Below, piece by piece: positions 12,756 through 24,199 of a stretch of DNA of 64,000 bases; position 1 is the first letter of the stretch, and each line of letters opens with the position of its first letter. A program made the translations under genes and the position numbers. This DNA comes from Octopus bimaculoides. Its lineage: Eukaryota. Below the pieces are notes generated by a model that saw only the letters and a list, made by a program, of their open reading frames with translations, did no database searches and was not told where the DNA came from. The stretch spans positions 4,376,387 to 4,440,386 of the forward strand of contig NC_068995.1 in assembly GCF_001194135.2 (NCBI RefSeq), read 5' to 3'.

Positions 12756-13819
12756 TGATGGGGATGATGGTGGTGGTGGTGGTGGTGGTGGTGGTGAAAG
12801 ATGGAAGTCATATTTGTTGTGAATTACGTGAAAGTATTTAATATGTTGTGCGTGAATGTAGTGTTAAGAGGGCATAAAAAGAATATAAAATTAGTTTTGA
12901 CAAGTTAAGGAGAAAAAGAAAAAAATGGAATATGGTGTATGATGGGTTATTAAAAAATATTGGATTCTAACCAGATTCCAAATGCGTCAATTACATTCTT
13001 ATATTACTTGATTCTATAAGAAGAGAAAATGTCTGAAGGAAGATATGTAAAAGAAAAGCTATCGATAGAATTTACTTCTGTTCTGAAAAGAAAGATAAAT
13101 ATATAGAATCAGAAAAAAATATCTAGTGATGGTTTTCGTCGGCAAAAAAGCCCCTTAAATATAAAATTATTGAAACAAAATATCCCCTTAAACAAATAAA
13201 CAAAAACAGCTAATAAAATTACGTTTGTATGGTATGAAGAGCGGCGGAGATTGATGACGTTTGTGACAAGTCTTTCCCTACTTGGAACAAATGTAAAGTG
13301 TTTTGAAAGGTAAGAAATTATTCTTTTGTGAATTTCTGTTCGCATTGATTTACAATAAGAATGTTTCAACGAAATATAATGTATTCTATACGAAATCACG
13401 AATGATTCCTCATATATCGTGACTCATGCGAGCAGATCTTAAAGGAAGAGTAAATAAAATTTAAGTGTGTTCGGTGTTATGCTTATTTGATTTGCAGCAG
13501 GACATTCACAATTTCTATTGTCTTTCTATTTACGGCTCTTTATTACATTTAAGACAACCAATATCTCGCTTATTGCAACAAACGCTGGACAAGATTCTTT
13601 ATATTTCTTATATTTTCTTATTGGTTTTACCAATTTGTTCTTACAATTTTCCTCAGCAATTTTTCGCTGTGGTATGTTAAATTTATAATTTTGCAATGAC
13701 TTCGTAAGCACGCTATTAGTTGGTACACATATAGGCACGCAAACATTTATGTAGATATCTATGCATGATGTATATGTATATATATGTTCGTGCGTGCGAG
13801 CATACGTATGTCTATATGT

Positions 13820-13901
<82 letters not shown>

Positions 13902-14084
13902 GTATATGGTAATGACGGCAGTAAATAGTTGGCAATTATAGCGAGAATAATTCTTCGTGCAAACAGATTTATTGAAAGCGCTCAACAGAAGATAGAATAT
14001 ATCAAATTTAAACCAGTAATATATGCAAAGATATACACAGAGACAGCGAAAACCGAGAAACACTGCAAAACTAAGTCAAACAAC

Positions 14085-14680
14085 ATACTGGTTTCAAATT
14101 TTGACACAAGGCCAGCAATTTTTGTTACTTATTTTATCGACCTCGAAAGGACAAAGTCGATTTTCCGAGTTCAATTTCCGCCGAGTTCGACTTTGCCTTT
14201 CATCCTTTCGGGGTCGATAAATTAAGTACTAGCTGTGTACTGGAGTTGATCTCATCGACTGCCCCCCACTCTCCAAAAATTTCAGGCCTTGTGCCTAGAG
14301 TAGAAAAGACTTGTTAGCACGCCGGGCTAACGATAAGCTGCATTTCGTCCGTACATAATAATAATCAGTTGAGCGCTGGAGGTCGATGTAATCGACCTAA
14401 CTCCTCCGCTGAAATTGCTGGCCTTGTACCAAAATATGAATCTAATAGGTTTACCCATAGAAGGCACTGGGGTGGCAGAATCGTTAGCATGCCGAGCAAA
14501 ATGCTTAACAGCTTTTCGTCCGTCTTTACGTTCTGAGTTCAATTTCCTCCGAGGTCGACTTTACCTTGTGTCTTTTCAGGTTGGATAAAATAAGTACCAG
14601 CTGAGCACCGGCGTTGATGTAATGGACTCAAACCCCTCCGCCAAGAACTTGCCAACTCTGTGCCAAAATTGACTCTAGCC
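14085..14680. mobile_element. Cluster of dominant-SINE copies: one minus-strand fragment, then three to four plus-strand full or partial copies
   Basis: Family central block at about 14135 (minus), 14190 and 14555. Heads at 14310 and 14470. Tails at 14090 (minus), 14290, 14425 and 14660. Confidence 0.85.
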
Positions 14681-14963
14681 CGTACATTTGTAAAAAAATA
14701 AATACGTATAACTAATTACTGGTATTTATTTTTTGAGATTAAAGAAATTTTAATAAATGTATCCATAGTGGAATGACGGATTAATTTATAAATATTCAAA
14801 AAGGCATCACGCAAATCCGCAAAATATTTTAATCCTGTTCCTATCATTACAGAGAACTTCGGACCTCACAATCGGACATCTATTTATAACTCTGTGAAAA
14901 GGTTTCACATAATTTAGGGGCATGCATATAGTAGGTCAAATCGGCACAAATGGCACCTCCTCT

Positions 14964-15285
14964 CCAACGGTACTTTATTTTATTTTCTATTCTCGGCACA
15001 AGGTTCGAAATGTTGGGGGAGGAAGTCAATCGATTCTATCGACCCTAGTACGCAACAGGTATTTAATTTATCGACCCCAAAAGGATGAAAGGTAAAGTCG
15101 GCCTCGGCGCAATTCCAACGGTACTTTATTTTATTTTCTATTCTCGGCACAAGGCTCGAAATGTTGGGGGAGGAAGTCAATCGATTCTATCGACCCTAGT
15201 ACGCAACAGGTATTTAATTTATCGACGCCAAAAGGATGAAAGGTAAAGTCGACCTCGGCGCAATTCCAACGGTACTTTATTTTAT
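14964..15285 (-). repeat. 151-bp tandem duplication of a SINE fragment (two copies plus a 20-bp third start)
   Basis: ccaacggtactttattttat starts at 14964, 15115 and 15266. I see three substitutions between the two units. Confidence 0.9.
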
Positions 15286-15879
15286 CAACGAACTCGATCT
15301 CGGCAGTATTTGAACGCAGAAGATAAAGAACCGTTACTAAACACTGCAAGACATTCTTCCGCAAGTCTACATTTGTAAATCTAGTACAGAACGGCCACAT
15401 TAGAATGAAACCAACAATAAAGAGAATATGGGAGTCTTTAAATGCATAAAATGATGCCAGTGTTATAATACGCGGAAAAGGAAAAAGAAAATGGCAGTAA
15501 ATATATACAAAGAGAAAAAGGTTCGAAAAAATGTAAGCGAGGGGAAGTATTGAATGTGAGGAGAAAAACAGTAAAGAACATTGTATTCTAGCAACCATTT
15601 CATGCCTAATTGCCTCAAGCTAACCAGATCAACATAAAATATGTTCGACAATACACTTTGTGATTTTTCTTCTTCTTCTTCTTCTTCTTGCTTGTTTCTT
15701 TTTTCGATTTTTGTTTAGTTTTTGTTGGGTCTATTTTTGTTGTTTTTTTTTTTTAATGTATTTTCAAAATTATATATATATATATATGCAATAAATTCTA
15801 CAAAATAAAAATCATGAATTTCGATTGTAGATTGATTGTCTGTGTTTAGGCTTTCTGATAAACATCGTGTTCGACGTCG

Positions 15880-16115
15880 TCGTCGTCGTCGTCGTCGTCA
15901 TCATCAACATCATCTTCATCATCAACATCGTCATCATCGCCATAAACATCACTATCATCATCATCCATCATCATCATCCATCATCATCATCATCAACATC
16001 ATCATTATCATCATCATCATAATCGTTGTTGTTGTCATCTTCGTTCGCTATCATCAATATCATCATCACCGAAGCAACAGCAGCAGCAGCAATGTCGACA
16101 TCATCAGCATCATTG

Positions 16116-16154
<39 letters not shown>

Positions 16155-16178
16155 GCATCATTGTCATCATCATCATCG

Positions 16179-16218
<40 letters not shown>

Positions 16219-16230
16219 TATCATCACCGT
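15880..16230. repeat. (CGT)/(CAT)n compound microsatellite
   Basis: Read directly from the sequence. Confidence 0.95.
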
Positions 16231-16830
16231 TTTAGAGAAGAGTTCGACGAACACGTATATGTTGGATTATCAGATTATCGTTAAAAATATTTTAAAAGCT
16301 CTATGGTGACAACAGAACAACAGAACATTTTAAAAAATAAATAAGAAAAAATGAATAACAAAAACATATGAAAAAAAAACAACATCAACAAAACAAGTGA
16401 TTGATTTTATTTGATAAACAGTCTGACATATTCCATGTTAAAGTTTAGATTGTAAGTCTTGTTCGATAGATTTTTATCTAAGACCTTTGATTTATTTATT
16501 TACATTTTTCCTTACTAAGCGTTTTCTGGATTTTTCATTCTTTCGTTTATTTGCTAGTTGTAGCTATATGACTCGCGGCCAGGCTGTAGTGCACATTCCA
16601 AATGGTCTCAGTCGATTATATTGATCTTAGTAGAGTCTCTAATACGTGTTGTATTAATAGTGCATGAACAAAAAAAATAAGACACATTAGGCGGTTAAAA
16701 GCCAAGTAATCCGATTTCAGTATGTAATCCCACAGGATAGGAGATTTGTTCCATATCTATCTATCTTTATATATATACAAGTAGGAAGATATATTTTTTC
16801 AACGCCTAAAATATATATATATATACATGC

Positions 16831-16862
<32 letters not shown>

Positions 16863-17261
16863 NNNNNNNNNNNNNNNNNNNNNNNNNNNNNNNNNNNNNN
16901 NNNNNNNNNNNNNNNNNNNNNNNNNNNNNNNNNNNNNNNNNNNNNNNNNNNNNNNNNNNNNNNNNNNNNNNNNNNNNNNNNNNNNNNNNNNNNNNNNNNN
17001 NNNNNNNNNNNNNNNNNNNNNNNNNNNNNNNNNNNNNNNNNNNNNNNNNNNNNNNNNNNNNNNNNNNNNNNNNNNNNNNNNNNNNNNNNNNNNNNNNNNN
17101 NNNNNNNNNNNNNNNNNNNNNNNNNNNNNNNNNNNNNNNNNNNNNNNNNNNNNNNNNNNNNNNNNNNNNNNNNNNNNNNNNNNNNNNNNNNNNNNNNNNN
17201 NNNNNNNNNNNNNNNNNNNNNNNNNNNNNNNNNNNNNNNNNNNNNNNNNNNNNNNNNNNNN

Positions 17262-17302
<41 letters not shown>

Positions 17303-17363
17303 ATATATATATATGCATATATATACATATATACGTATGTATATATATATATATGTGTGTGTG

Positions 17364-17550
17364 TATTTTATTCTTTTATTTGTTTCAGCCAGAGGCTGAG
17401 GCCATGCTGGAGCACCGCCTTGACTGTGTCCAGGGATTTTTCTAGCGTTGCTTCTGGTGAAGTAGCAAGTTGAACTGTGCCGCTCTTCTTTGTGCCTGAT
17501 GTGGGTTCGTCGGGAAATGCAGATAAAATGCTGTCCAATCATTTTTTGAA
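17364..17550 (-). mobile_element. 3' end of a CR1-like LINE (ORF2 C-terminus, 3' UTR and TAAAAGAA-type tail)
   Basis: The minus strand encodes LDSILSAFPDEPTS (CR1-type K.LD..L..VPDEP motif) and continues into ggcggtgctccagcatggcctcagcctctggctgaaacaaataaaagaataaaata. Confidence 0.75.
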
Positions 17551-17624
17551 GACTTCCTTTCTACGCCTCGCAGATCTCCAATGCTCTGTGGTAGACCGTT
17601 AAAATGTGACAAAGCTGACCACTT

Positions 17625-17750
17625 TCAATTACAGCTACTACTGAGTGGACTGGGTCAGCGTGAAATAGTGTCTTGCTTAAGGACACAACACACCACCGGG
17701 AATCGAACTCTCAACATTATGATCGTGAGCTGATCATAAGCCACGCATCT
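17625..17750 (-). mobile_element. Degenerate tRNA-headed SINE fragment with CORE-like block
   Basis: The minus strand reads gagttcgattcccggt (B-box-like) followed by gttgtgtccttaagcaagacac. Confidence 0.6.
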
Positions 17751-17806
<56 letters not shown>

Positions 17807-17827
17807 TGCATGCATGCATGCATGCTT

Positions 17828-18410
17828 CAGGTTCTATATGTAACAGTTTAATCAGGCTATGTACAAAAGAAGCCGTACAAGAGGTGGACTTAGCGTAAAA
17901 TCGCAGGAAACCTTGGGATGATGCTTTCTAAAGTTAATAGGGTGATTCTGCAATTCAAAAGAGAGGGGAAAGGAGTCCACATTACTTTACCCAGGTCGAC
18001 ATGGGCCCTTTGACGGGACCCTTTGCTTTGTTAAGTGGAGTATGACGGATAATCCTCATTCCGAGGCCTCTGACATACCAGAAACAAGTTGGTGTCGGTG
18101 AAACGGCAGAAACGTTAGCGCGCCGGGCAAAATGCTTATCGGTGTTTCGTCAGCCGAGTTCAAATTCCGCCGAGATCGACTTTGCCTTTCATCCTTTCGG
18201 GGTCGATACATTAAGTACCAGTTACGCACTGGGGTCGATGTAATCGACTTAATCCCTTTGTCTGTCCTTGTTTGTCCCCTCTATGTTTACCCCCCTGTCG
18301 GCAATAAAGAAATAAGAAATAAGTTGAGAAATAAGAAACAAGTTGATGTCAGTCCCAGAACAGCAGCTCTCAGGTATCTCCATAAATGTAGCCACCGTAT
18401 GGATTCGATC
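17828..18410 (+). mobile_element. Tc1-family transposase relic, copy A, interrupted by a SINE
   Basis: Homologous to 19282-19780, sharing caggttctatatg, gtacaaaagaagcc, gtaaaatcgca.gaaaccttggga, gccctttgctttgttaagtgga and agttgatgtcagtcccagaacagc. Confidence 0.8.
18100..18333 (+). mobile_element. Dominant SINE (AGAAATA-tail subfamily) inserted in Tc1 copy A with a 20-bp target-site duplication
   Basis: Flanked by agaaacaagttggtgtcggt (18080-18099) and agaaacaagttgatgtcagt (18334-18353). The equivalent sequence occurs once in Tc1 copy B. Confidence 0.9.
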
Positions 18411-18815
18411 TACAGAATCTTTCGTCGAGTTATGAATATTTAATGCTAATCTGAAGCCTCAGCTTTCCCTTCAGAATCCAATCTTTCCGTTTCACAACCA
18501 CGAATGGACACACAGCATCATCAACAAAATCTGTGACTTGTGTCTGGTTACTTTTATCACAACAACTTAGAACAAGTTTATATCTGGACAATGAGAGAAT
18601 ATATTAGTTTCATATGGCGTTCATTAGGTTACTTCTGAAATTAGATATTTTAATGATGTAAAGCAAAAATTCTAATTGACGAATGAATAGCAGTAATTAT
18701 TCTGCAACTGTTCTTCTGGAGGTTCCCAGTGGAGATCTTTGGAAATTTACATGGGAAACTGTCTCGAAGTATGCGCTCATATACGTGTTTTTATGTGCTT
18801 TTGTATATGTGTGTG

Positions 18816-18909
<94 letters not shown>

Positions 18910-19281
18910 TGTGTGTCTATATATTCATATATAAATATATAATACACACACACACACATAAATGCGCGTGTGCTTCAATGTATATATTTATGAACTTGTG
19001 TCGTTACACACATATTTCTGTATTATCATGCGTACATTAAAATATCTATATACAAATATGCATGCAAATGTCAGTAGAAACATACATACACACATGCATA
19101 CATATATACACATATACATATATACATACGTGTACACATATGCAGACATTCCTATTTATATCAAAGAAGTAACACATACACAGACATGACAGAAGTAAAT
19201 ATACACATCATACAACATTGTTTTATGTTTATTTTAACTTGAAAAGGTTTATATGTTTTATTAAGGAACATTTCTATGTCT

Positions 19282-19780
19282 CAGGTTCTATATGTGACTA
19301 AGTTAATTACACCACGTACAAAAGAAGCCTTGGGACTGTCCAAATTTCAAAGAGCCGTATTTTGAGTCAATCTTAAGGCGTACTTAGAGTAAAATCGCAT
19401 GAAACCTTGGGATTTCACTTTTTACAGTTCATAAGGTGATTGTGCAATTCACCAGAGACCTTGCTCAGGTCAACGTGTGACCTCTTACAGGGCCCTTTGC
19501 TTTGTTAAGTGGATTTTGGAGGAGAATCTTCATTGCAAGGCCTCTGACATAGCAGAACAAGTTGATGTCAGTCCCAGAACAGCTATCAGGTATCTCCACA
19601 AACTTGACTACTATGATAGAGCAGCCAAAAGGAAGCCACTTCTTTGGCCAGCCAATATCAAGGGGAGAAAAGATGGAGTGGCCGCTAGCATTTTTGGACA
19701 CTGTCATAGTCTCTGATGAGTCCAGATTTTCTGTATTCTCTGACAGTGGTCCAGTGTGGGTCTGGAGACTCTACGATTTG
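19282..19780 (+). mobile_element. Tc1-family transposase relic, copy B (HTH region to first catalytic Asp)
   Basis: ORFs encode PRTKEALGLSKFQRAV...KASDIAEQVDVSPRTAIRYLHKLDYYDRAAKRKPLLWPANIKGRK and WPLAFLDTVIVSDESRFSVFSDSGPVWVWR, i.e. the Tc1 HTH/RKPLL and W..V.FSDES.F motifs. It is frameshifted and I found no TIRs. Confidence 0.9.
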
Positions 19781-20571
19781 TAAGGAATTGTGATAGCAGC
19801 ATTATTCACCTTTCTTTCTCATAAGTTAAACTATAGACTGACACCCGGAAACAACGAATTTTCAAAGAATCTTATCAAATCTTTGCCATCGGATTTTCTT
19901 CAAGATCCCTTTCCGGAAGCAGTATACTAATTTTTCCTCTGAATTTTAAGAGAACCAAATATATAATTTTAACTCATATGGCTATCTTCTTGAGAAAAAT
20001 CTCTTCTATTCTGTTTCATAATAATATATATACTCCATCCAATATATACAAATATGTGTAATGAAAAGATAATAAACGAAAATATTTCGTCTTCTATATT
20101 TGTTCAAGTTTTGAAAATATATTCCACACTATTACCTATTGTTATAGCTACCAATATTTGAAAGAAATAGCGTAGCTATGTATCTATATATGTTTTGTTA
20201 GTATTCAAGTATATTTTTCTATTACTAACTATTTATAAACTTACCAACGCCTCGAGGAAATTGTACAGCTATATATTTATATATGTGTGAACATATTTCT
20301 CAACATGGTTTGTCAGTATTTCATTGTGTTAGTTACTATTATAGCTACCAATACCTGAAAAGAATTGTGCTGTTATAAACTCCATTGTGTTCGTGTCGAT
20401 ATTTTTATTGCAGTTTGTCATTCGTGCAAATGTATCCATTTTTTTTACATAAATGCTATCTCCAAAAACACGTGACGTTTTCAACTGTGTTAGGCTATTT
20501 TGTTAAGAAATAAAACTACCATCTTAAATCTTCCCAGAAATCTTATAGATATATGACTGACCGAATTACTA

Positions 20572-20957
20572 CTACGGCACTCAGTCGGTTACAACGACGA
20601 GGGTTTCAGTTGATCCAAACAACGGAACAGCCTGCTCGTGAAATTAATGTGCAAGTGGCTGAGTACTCCACAGACACGTGTACCCTTAACGTAGTTCTCG
20701 GAGAGATTCAGCGTAACACAGAGTGTGACAAGGCTGGTCCTTTGAAATACAAGTACAACAGAAACAGGAAGAAAGAGTGAGAGAAGGTTGTGGCGAAAGA
20801 GTACAGCAACATTCGCTACCCCGCCCCTGCCGGAGCCTCGTGAAGGTTTAGGTGTTTTCGCCCAATAAACACTCACAACGCCCGGTCTGGGAATCAAAAC
20901 CGCGATCCTATGACCGCGAGTCCGCTGCCCTAACCACTGCGCCGTTGCACCTCCACT
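20572..20957 (-). mobile_element. Full-length tRNA-headed SINE of a third family
   Basis: Minus-strand head ggaggtgcaacggcgcagtggttagggcagcggactcgcggtcataggatcgcggttttgattcccagacc has A-box and B-box-like motifs. The body gccttgtcacactctgtgttacgctgaatc...cagccacttgcac is shared with the copy at about 31500-31735. Confidence 0.8.
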
Positions 20958-21109
20958 GACCAAATAGATAATAGATGTCATACTTGTATGTAGGTGGTTC
21001 GTTTCCTATCACCAGCACTAGCTGTTCTTGATCAAAGTTAGTTGTCTCGTTACAATTTGTTGTCGATGCTGCTGTTTATCTCCTAGCCTGCCCCAAATGA
21101 AAAATTGAA

Positions 21110-21440
21110 AGACTGAAAGCTAATCCAGGTATGAAAGCTGGTTTTTATTTACCTGTTTGTCTACGTCTGCATAATCCAATGTAATCTTTCTCTTGGTAGA
21201 TATATTTTCAGGAAGATGTAGCAGTTACTTCCAGTAACTTCAGTGGTCACTTAGAACATTATTTGTGGACAAGTTTAGCCGCAACTCGTTACTGTGGCTG
21301 TTATCAGAAGCAGATTATAGATTCAAGATATACAATAAATATTATCAGAACGTGATATTCACCAGCTCCATTGAATGAAGTTCAAGCCGATTACGTAACC
21401 TCCAGAATTCAGAAACAGGTGTAAGAGTGGAGTTGTATTT
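21110..21440 (-). mobile_element. Possible highly decayed RTE-type reverse-transcriptase fragment
   Basis: Scattered minus-strand peptides NTT..LTPVSE, IFIVYLESII, NSHSNELRLNL and KITLDYAD lie in the order expected around the RT YADD motif. Several frameshifts are needed. Confidence 0.35.
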
Positions 21441-21519
21441 ATTTATTTATTCCTGTGATTATAGTAAATAAATTTTACTGATGTCTGTCGACTGAATTTC
21501 TTTTCCATTTTCTTCCTTG

Positions 21520-21576
<57 letters not shown>

Positions 21577-21799
21577 GTGTGTCTGTTGTGGCTTTTTAAT
21601 GCGTTTTTTTTTTTCTTAGGGAATCGGTAGACTGAGATCTAAGCGATGGCAGTTTTAGTTAGAGAGAATGACTATAACAAATATTTTTAGAAGTGTGTTG
21701 TGGTTGATTTCTAATTAGAATTATCTTTCTTTTCGTAAGTAATTTATGTGTATTTGTTCATATGAGAGGCGGGACAGGAGAACTAGCGAGGGTGTATGC

Positions 21800-22300
21800 G
21801 TAAAAGTAAACAGAAAAGTAAATAAATGGTTTGTTTTGGTAATCAGAATTCAATTCTAGGTAAGTCTCTTGTGACTGACAACGGCAATTAAATAAGGAAA
21901 GATGGCGGGGTATATCGTTACGTTTTCTCAGTTTGGTTAATTTGAAAGAATCGGAGTCTTTGTTGTATAAAATCCAAATTTGGCAAACAAGGTCAAGGCC
22001 ATCGGTCAGATTAAATGATGTGTGTTTGAAGAATCTGGAGGTACGAATGTCTGATTTAATCGTCAAAGAAGAATTTCAGGCTTTGTTAATTTGTTTTTCG
22101 ATGCAATGAAGTTTGTTGCGTGTAATGTGATGGATATGTTTCGCAAATTCTCAAGTTGATTATTTTATTTATTTGAGGTGAGTATATTAATAAGAGGTGA
22201 ATCGGAGAGCGAGTCAGAAAACTGTATGTTTTTAAGTATGAGCGCTGACTAGATGCACGTAAATCGTAGCCATTGTGTGAAGGGGTTAACAAACGCTATT
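21800..22300 (-). mobile_element. Possible highly decayed CR1/Jockey-type LINE ORF2 C-terminal fragment
   Basis: Weak peptide resemblance only: PEILL..TIKSDIRTS and LDLV...RHLSLFNCRC versus P..LL.IYK..IRP.LEY and LD.IQ...LSLFYRY. Confidence 0.3.
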
Positions 22301-24159
22301 AGATTGTGATTCATGTCTATGAGAACGAGTGTAATTATTGGAGGAATCACAGAGAGATGTTTATCTCTTCTTGCTAGTGTGAAGGCCAGTCTAGCTATGT
22401 GGATATTTATGTATGTACTTTGTAGGGGGGGAGGTAGATGGTGGGAGTAGAGGAAGAGATGGAAGTGCGTGTGGGGATGTTGGATTTATTTGCTATTCAT
22501 TCTGTAGATTCTAAGGATGGTCATTCATTCAGCAGCTTTAAAAATGAAAGTATATTTCTTTGTGTTATTTCATTCAAGACGTGACTCTCCTCAATAAATT
22601 CTGAACCCAACATGTGATCAGCTGCTACACAATGGGGTGTATGCATATGCGTATATGTATATATATATATATATATAAACAATATATGAGTATATGCATA
22701 TATATGTACATGTATGTACATACCTTCATCTACATGTACATATAGATACATATCTGGGTACATAACGTTGCAAAAAAACATAGAAAAAATGATAAACAAG
22801 GTACAAAAAACAAGCAAGCCACATAGAGAACATATCCTTCATCAGCTGCCACCATTAAAACACTGGCGTTTCAAAGAGTTAGGGCAGGACGCATCGTTAA
22901 AATGGCTCTTCCTACGAACATATATATATATANNNNNNNNNNNNNNNNNNNNNNNNNNNNNNNNNNNNNNNNNNNNNNNNNNNNNNNNNNNNNNNNNNNN
23001 NNNNNNNNNNNNNNNNNNNNNNNNNNNNNNNNNNNNNNNNNNNNNNNNNNNNNNNNNNNNNNNNNNNNNNNNNNNNNNNNNNNNNNNNNNNNNNNNNNNN
23101 NNNNNNNNNNNNNNNNNNNNNNNNNNNNNNNNNNNNNNNNNNNNNNNNNNNNNNNNNNNNNNNNNNNNNNNNNNNNNNNNNNNNNNNNNNNNNNNNNNNN
23201 NNNNNNNNNNNNNNNNNNNNNNNNNNNNNNNNNNNNNNNNNNNNNNNNNNNNNNNNNNNNNNNNNNNNNNNNNNNNNNNNNNNNNNNNNNNNNNNNNNNN
23301 NNNNNNNNNNNNNNNNNNNNNNNNNNNNNNNNNNNNNNNNNNNNNNNNNNNNNNNNNNNNNNNNNNNNNNNNNNNNNNNNNNNNNNNNNNNNNNNNNNNN
23401 NNNNNNNNNNNNNNNNNNNNNNNNNNNNNNNNNNNNNNNNNNNNNNNNNNNNNNNNNNNNNNNNNNNNNNNNNNNNNNNNNNNNNNNNNNNNNNNNNNNN
23501 NNNNNNNNNNNNNNNNNNNNNNNNNNNNNNNNNNNNNNNNNNNNNNNNNNNNNNNNNNNNNNNNNNNNNNNNNNNNNNNNNNNNNNNNNNNNNNNNNNNN
23601 NNNNNNNNNNNNNNNNNNNNNNNNNNNNNNNNNNNNNNNNNNNNNNNNNNNNNNNNNNNNNNNNNNNNNNNNNNNNNNNNNNNNNNNNNNNNNNNNNNNN
23701 NNNNNNNNNNNNNNNNNNGCTACACAATGGGGTGTATGCATATGCGTATATGTATATATATATATATATATACATATATAGATGCATATGTATATATAGA
23801 TATATGCACGTATATATATGTATATATATATAAATTTACAGACAAGTACATATATATATTTCGTATGTGTAATTGTTACCTTATGCATGAAGACAAAGGA
23901 CATTTACTAAATACAGGAATCGATCAACGCCAAGAGTCTTATATTTAATATAAATTTATTGTTTCCATCATATTTACATATTTCTAATAATCCAGAGAGA
24001 TGCTGGTAGAGGTATTATTAGAAATATGTAAATATGATGGAAACTTGAAGAAATTTATAAGTCACTGTAATTAAAATTAAAATACACATACATACGCACA
24101 TACAAACACGCACATACAAACACGCACACATATATATACTTATATTTATGTGTATGTAA

Positions 24160-24194
<35 letters not shown>

Positions 24195-24199
<5 letters not shown>

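Noticed and set aside
14964-15285. CRISPR-like or gene-like repeat
   Set aside because: It is a direct tandem duplication without unique spacers, in a eukaryotic context with no cas genes.
20880-20957. tRNA gene (also the heads at 41940-42004, 52560-52621 and others)
   Set aside because: A and B boxes are present, but I see no intact cloverleaf, and each head continues into a multi-copy SINE body.
21212-21419. Plus-strand exon (ttttcag acceptor, CAG/GT donor)
   Set aside because: All three frames contain stops before the donor, and the opposite strand is better explained as a decayed RT fragment.
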